From Zygnema circumcarinatum SAG 698-1b (taxonomy: Eukaryota > Plantae > Zygnematophyceae), in assembly GCA_037447605.1 (NCBI GenBank), contig CM074819.1, positions 1,572,297-1,636,296 on the forward strand: 64,000 nt of DNA, given 5' to 3'. Numbering within the stretch: the first letter of the stretch is position 1; each line of letters opens with the position of its first letter. This document shows positions 59,448-64,000 of the stretch, one piece after another. A program made the translations under genes and the position numbers. Under the pieces are notes generated by a model, which did not search any database, was not told the origin of the DNA, and saw only the letters and a list, made by a program, of their open reading frames with translations.

Positions 59448-60954
59448 ATCAGAGAACCTTCCTCAATATTATCCTATCCTCGCTCTCCTCCTTCCCTCTC
59501 TCCCTCCTCGTTCCTCCACACTCCTCCTCCTTCCTCCTCTCTCCCTCTCTCTCGCCCACCCTCGCCCTCTCTCCAATCAGAATGAGACAAGCGCACTCCC
59601 AACTCCTGCTTTCAAGACGTGCTGGCTCTACTCTCCTCACTCAGGCCTCTCCCTTCATCCCCTATCCTAGCAGCAATGCTCAGCTCCTCCCTCTCCTTCC
59701 ATCCCCTATCCTAGCAGCAATGCTCAGCTCTCCTCTCTCTCCCTCCCCCTCTCTCGCCCCTGCAGGAAGACGCAGCCATGCAAGATGTCAAAACTCCTGC
59801 AGCCCATGCTCCATTTGGACCCCATATCAGCCGACCACCATCTAATGGCGGTCTGCCACGTGTACAATATGTAGACGTGGCGCGTCCACATTGGATCTTG
59901 CTCCCAAGGTTGCAAACTCAAATCTCTCGACTTTGCCTACGTGGCATTCCAGCACGTTTCTAACACATGCCGACACGTGCTATACGCAATATCTAGACTG
60001 CCATGTCATCAAATTTTTTCAAAGTGAGTGACACGTCAACATAAAGGCAGCCAATCAGCGCGCGATTTACAGTCACGTGGACGCCACGACGATTCTTGGC
60101 CAGAGCCGAACAGGATGCGGACGTGCTGGGTCTCTATTGAAGGTCGAGCGCAGCCAATGACGGCTTGCAACTTTGGCAGATTTGCCTACGTGGCATTCCG
60201 TGATTGGCCGAATCTGCCTCGAGTCCCGCCGTCCCCCCTTGGCCCAATACGCCTTTTGGAGGCCCTTTTTCTTCTGCAGGTTTGCAGGCGCCAAGCGTAC
60301 GGACACCCTCTGATTGGTCCAATTTCTCGGTTTGGTCAAACTGAGGCCGAAAAGTTTGCAACCGCCGAAATGCGGTTTTTCAATTTAGGGCAGCATCAGT
60401 TTGACACCAAAATAAGTACAGTACTTTGGTACAAAATCAATCCTCATGCAGAGTACTCCTTCTATGTTCAGTCGATCGCGGTCGTGCGAGTCGCTTGAAT
60501 ATAGGGAACTAAGCGATTCCATGGTTCCCTTAACTTTATGAAGGGTCCTGTCTGGAAGTGGGTCGCTTTCGCCACGTACAATTTGAAACTTTATCGAATG
60601 TAGCATTACGATATTCTTTTCTTGAACTCGGACTCTTGGGAGAAACCAAATGTGACATTATCAGGTGTGTTATTTACTTTATCGAGGGTGTAATGTTAGA
60701 ATATACCAAGCAGGTCCTTTACTTTCTGGAGGGCCGGTTTTCTCGTGCTATGAATTGACTCAAATCACGGATTTCCGCTCTAAAATGAAAACCCAGAAGC
60801 TAAAAGTTAGAAGAAACCAAACATAAGGAAAAAAAAAACGATGAAAAAAGGTAAAAAAAACCCTCCGGAATTTGACTTTTTATTGCAATTTTCCACTTAT
60901 CCCACCACCTCACAAAATGGGCAGCCCCTAAAGAAGGCAAAGGAAAGAGCCCTT

Positions 60955-63942
60955 TCATGTCCTCTGCCGGGCCCTCTCTATGAGCGGCCGGAGGTGCTTC
61001 TTCTCCGCCAAAATTTTGAGGAAGTTGAAGAGGAAGGGGATGTAGTTGTGCTTCCGCCGAATGTTCTCCGTCCGCCACTTCTTGTACTTCTCCTCCTCCG
61101 CCGCAATGTGCTCTGGAAAATCGCAGAAAGACCCCATCTCTACTTGAGTTCACCTATGGCCGATCGATCTATGGTCATGCTTTACAGTTATGTTGCTTTC
61201 GGATCTTCCAGAACTTAACAGATCTCTAAGAATTAACGAAAGTGAGCCTTGCAAGTCTGTTTAAGGTAAGGCTAAAGTTAAAATTAGTTTAGGTTAGTTA
61301 GATTAGTTAAGTCTAAACTAAACTAGACTAAGCTTAGGTTAGTTTGTAGTACCGCCCTAAAGTCCCTATCTTGTTCATTCTTCCAGAACTCCACCACCCT
61401 CATCCCTACTCCCTCTCTCCCACCTCTCTCCCACCTCTCTCCCACCTCTCTCCCACCTCTCTCCCACCTCTCTCCCACCTCTCTCCCACCTCTCTCCCAC
61501 CTCGCTCACACCTCTCTCCCACCTCTCGCCCACCTCTCGCCCACCTTTCTCCCACCTCTCTCCCACCTCTCTCCCACCTCTCTCCCACCTCTCTCCCACC
61601 TCTCTCCCACCTCCCTCCCACCTCTCTCCCACTTCCCATGCCAACAAACTTCCCACCTGTCAGAGTGGCAATCTGAGCCTCCACATGAGCAATGTCCTCC
61701 CGAATAGCCGCCCCGGCTGCTCCCGTTCCCGAGTCCACATCCATGGCTGCCTCCCCTTGGTTCAACCCTCCTGATCCAATCACCTTCTCCAACCGACTTT
61801 GCAGCTGCGCTCTAAGACCCTCAAACTTCGCCAACTGCTCCTCCATAACCTCCTTTCTGTTGCGGACAATAGCCATAAGGTTGAACCTAATCTCGCTCTG
61901 CGAATACTTTTCAATCCTTTCTTGAATGACTGGCTGAACCTTTTTCAGCCAATCAAGGGGGTCCTTTCCACAGTCTCCCAAACTGATGGGTCCCTCCTTT
62001 AGCCCATCAAGCTCGTAAAGGACCCCATTGACAGGCAAGTAGCTGATGAAGTGGTAGACATCATCATCCTTCTCTCCCTGCTTTGTTTCCTCCGCTACAA
62101 TTGCTTCCGGTCGAGCAAAACTGTTATGAGCTGTTCGAATTGCTTCACTGTTATTGATCGCAAGCCCCCTCAGCTCTGGAGAAAAATCTTTGGTGAACTC
62201 TCGCAGAGCATTCAGCTCCGGACCGATTTCAATTTGCTGACAATTCATTAGGATGGAGAGAATGGCTTGCGTAGCGCATGCATTGTTTATTACCTGAACA
62301 GAAAAAGCAGGACAGCAGATACTTTCTTAATTATGTGCAATCACTTCCATGGAGTTCGCATGCGAAACTTAATCCGTTTTTTCTACGGATATCTACTTCT
62401 GCAGTTACTGTGATAGAACTGCAGTTGAGCTGATGGTTAAACTGCATACAGACCTGACTTGCAAAGAAAAGGCCACTGCTGCTGAAGTCCTTAAGAACAG
62501 GACGAGTGTCGGTTTCACCGGGACGCCACTTGAATAAGAATACAAGGCCATAGACAGGGCTGCACACAAACAGGTGAAACAGACTTGGCATAAGTGCAAA
62601 GAGGAAAACTAAGAAGCTCCAAAGGCTGCATCATTTAGCTCTCCTCTTTCTCTGAGCCCTTCTGCGTGTCTTTTTCAGCATCTGCTGTTAATCTGGCCGA
62701 ATTCGTGTTTATGATGATAGTTGTTACCAATTGGAAAGCTACTCCATATGCAAACTATCACTAAACATGAGGTTACCTGTTTTGAGGATTACCTGAGCTG
62801 CTCCAACATATCCAGGTCTAAACTGTAGAGCTCCTCCACCTGTAATCTCACAATACAGGTAACCTCATGCATTGGACTGCTGATTCTCACAGAACAGAAG
62901 AGCAAGAAGCTTCACATGTTTGGCAAGCACAGGCAAGATGTTGTTTCCTGTGCAACAAAAGTTGGCGTTTTTTTAGTGAATGACATTCAGCATTCAGAAA
63001 GCTGCACGATGAATATTTATGAGGGTCTCCTCTACAATGGATTTTCCATACAAGAATTGGAGAGACAACGGGGTACCTGAACTCCTTTCACTTGCATTTG
63101 CTGAATCAATTCCGTAAAGACACCTGCAAATTGGGTTAAAGAGAATTCCATCAATTCTTTAACTAAACACAAGAATCCCAATATTGAAGGGCCAAACAAA
63201 AATATTGGCATGTGTGCATGCGCTAGTTGGGCCATAGATGTGATTATTTAGTGAAAGAGGAAAGAAATTCCTCTTAGATTTCCCCAGTATAAAAAATAGG
63301 GGCATTCTTCTACACCAGGCTCAATTGCATTGAAGAAGTAGACTCCAAAAAACAAGGATTGCTTCAGAATGCCTAAACCTAAACTGCTTTTAAAATTGGT
63401 CTTCAGAAATAAAGAATAACCCGTTCAATCCAAATGTATGCGCCCTAAAATTGACAAACAGCCCTCTGTTTGATATTGGAACATTTCAGAGGCTGTCATT
63501 GAAAACCATTACAGGAAAAGCAGTTCTTTAAACTCCAAAGGAATGAAAGAAGGCGATGAACTCTTTCTGTCAAATTTTCCAACGAATTTGAACCATTGAT
63601 TTGTATTTTCGATAATAATATGCGTAATATCTTAATTATTTTTGAAATTGCAGGTAAAGGGAGCAAATTATCGCACATACTACACATCCGAATGTTGGAA
63701 TAAAAGAAGCGGGAGAGGGAATAGAGGAGAGGGAGTGAGATTTTGTGGAACGGGAGAAAGCGAAAGCAAGAGAGGAAGGAGGTCTAAACGAGAGGAAAAA
63801 TGAGAAAGTGCAGCGAGGGGTAGAGAGAGAGAGAGCGCGAGAGAGAGAGTAAGAGAGAAAGAGAGAAAGAGAAAAAAAATAGACAGAGAGAGGGAGAGAG
63901 AGAGAGCTTACCAGGGTCCGACTCGATAGTACACCAAGACAT
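60955..63942 (-). CDS. UCHL5: Ubiquitin C-terminal hydrolase L5/UCH37 (plant UCH2-like), 6 exons
   Basis: [11 protein letters not shown] / VFTELI / VEELYSLD / [11 protein letters not shown] / [14 protein letters not shown] (catalytic Cys), YHFISY (His), YELDGL (Asp), and the ULD tail [15 protein letters not shown]. Confidence 0.96.
61413..61632. repeat. 11-bp minisatellite (CTCTCTCCCAC) x20 in the last UCH37 intron
   Basis: 220 bp = 20 units with few substitutions, starting just after the GT donor on the - strand. Confidence 0.93.
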
Positions 63943-64000
63943 GGCTGCCGCAGCTTCCTTCTCTCCCTCCTCTCCACTCCTCTCTATCCCTTTCAGCAAA

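Noticed and set aside
60028-60498. 156-aa ORF between ZNFX1 and UCH37
   Set aside because: No recognisable motif; overlaps G-box/CCAAT-rich promoter sequence upstream of ZNFX1.

Overview
Eukaryotic, intron-rich genomic DNA from a streptophyte (most likely a charophyte alga; inferred from PUB-like ARM, GT43, GCD1/mS45 and ARK-like kinesin genes and TTTAGGG-type repeats). Introns are packed with GA/CT simple repeats, and several 10-N gaps indicate a short-read scaffold. In order, the window holds: an alpha/beta hydrolase (-, runs off the left edge), an ARK-like kinesin (+), a PIF/Harbinger transposase remnant (-), a GT43 glycosyltransferase (+), IPP isomerase (-), a LYAR-type zinc-finger protein (+), mitoribosomal GCD1/mS45 (-), a DHX33-like DEAH helicase (-), a two-exon stand-alone RZ-finger gene (+), a PUB4-like ARM-repeat gene (+), a full ZNFX1-type helicase/E3 (-) and UCH37 (-). 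Two non-autonomous DNA transposons have TIRs and exact 8-bp TSDs. The most striking system is ZNFX1 (SF1 helicase, NFX1 fingers, split RING, RZ finger) plus an intact, inverted mini-paralog about 8 kb away. The paralog keeps only the last two exons, retains the RZ catalytic Cys and has Tyr in place of the partner His, so it is a candidate decoy or regulator of an RNA-sensing ubiquitin ligase. Also notable: a hAT-type MITE built from an ordered array of palindromes, six exact CCAAT-N9-CCACG (ERSE-type) elements, and an in-frame TAG plus an interstitial telomere array in the mS45 gene. Exon boundaries were read by eye and are approximate unless stated.
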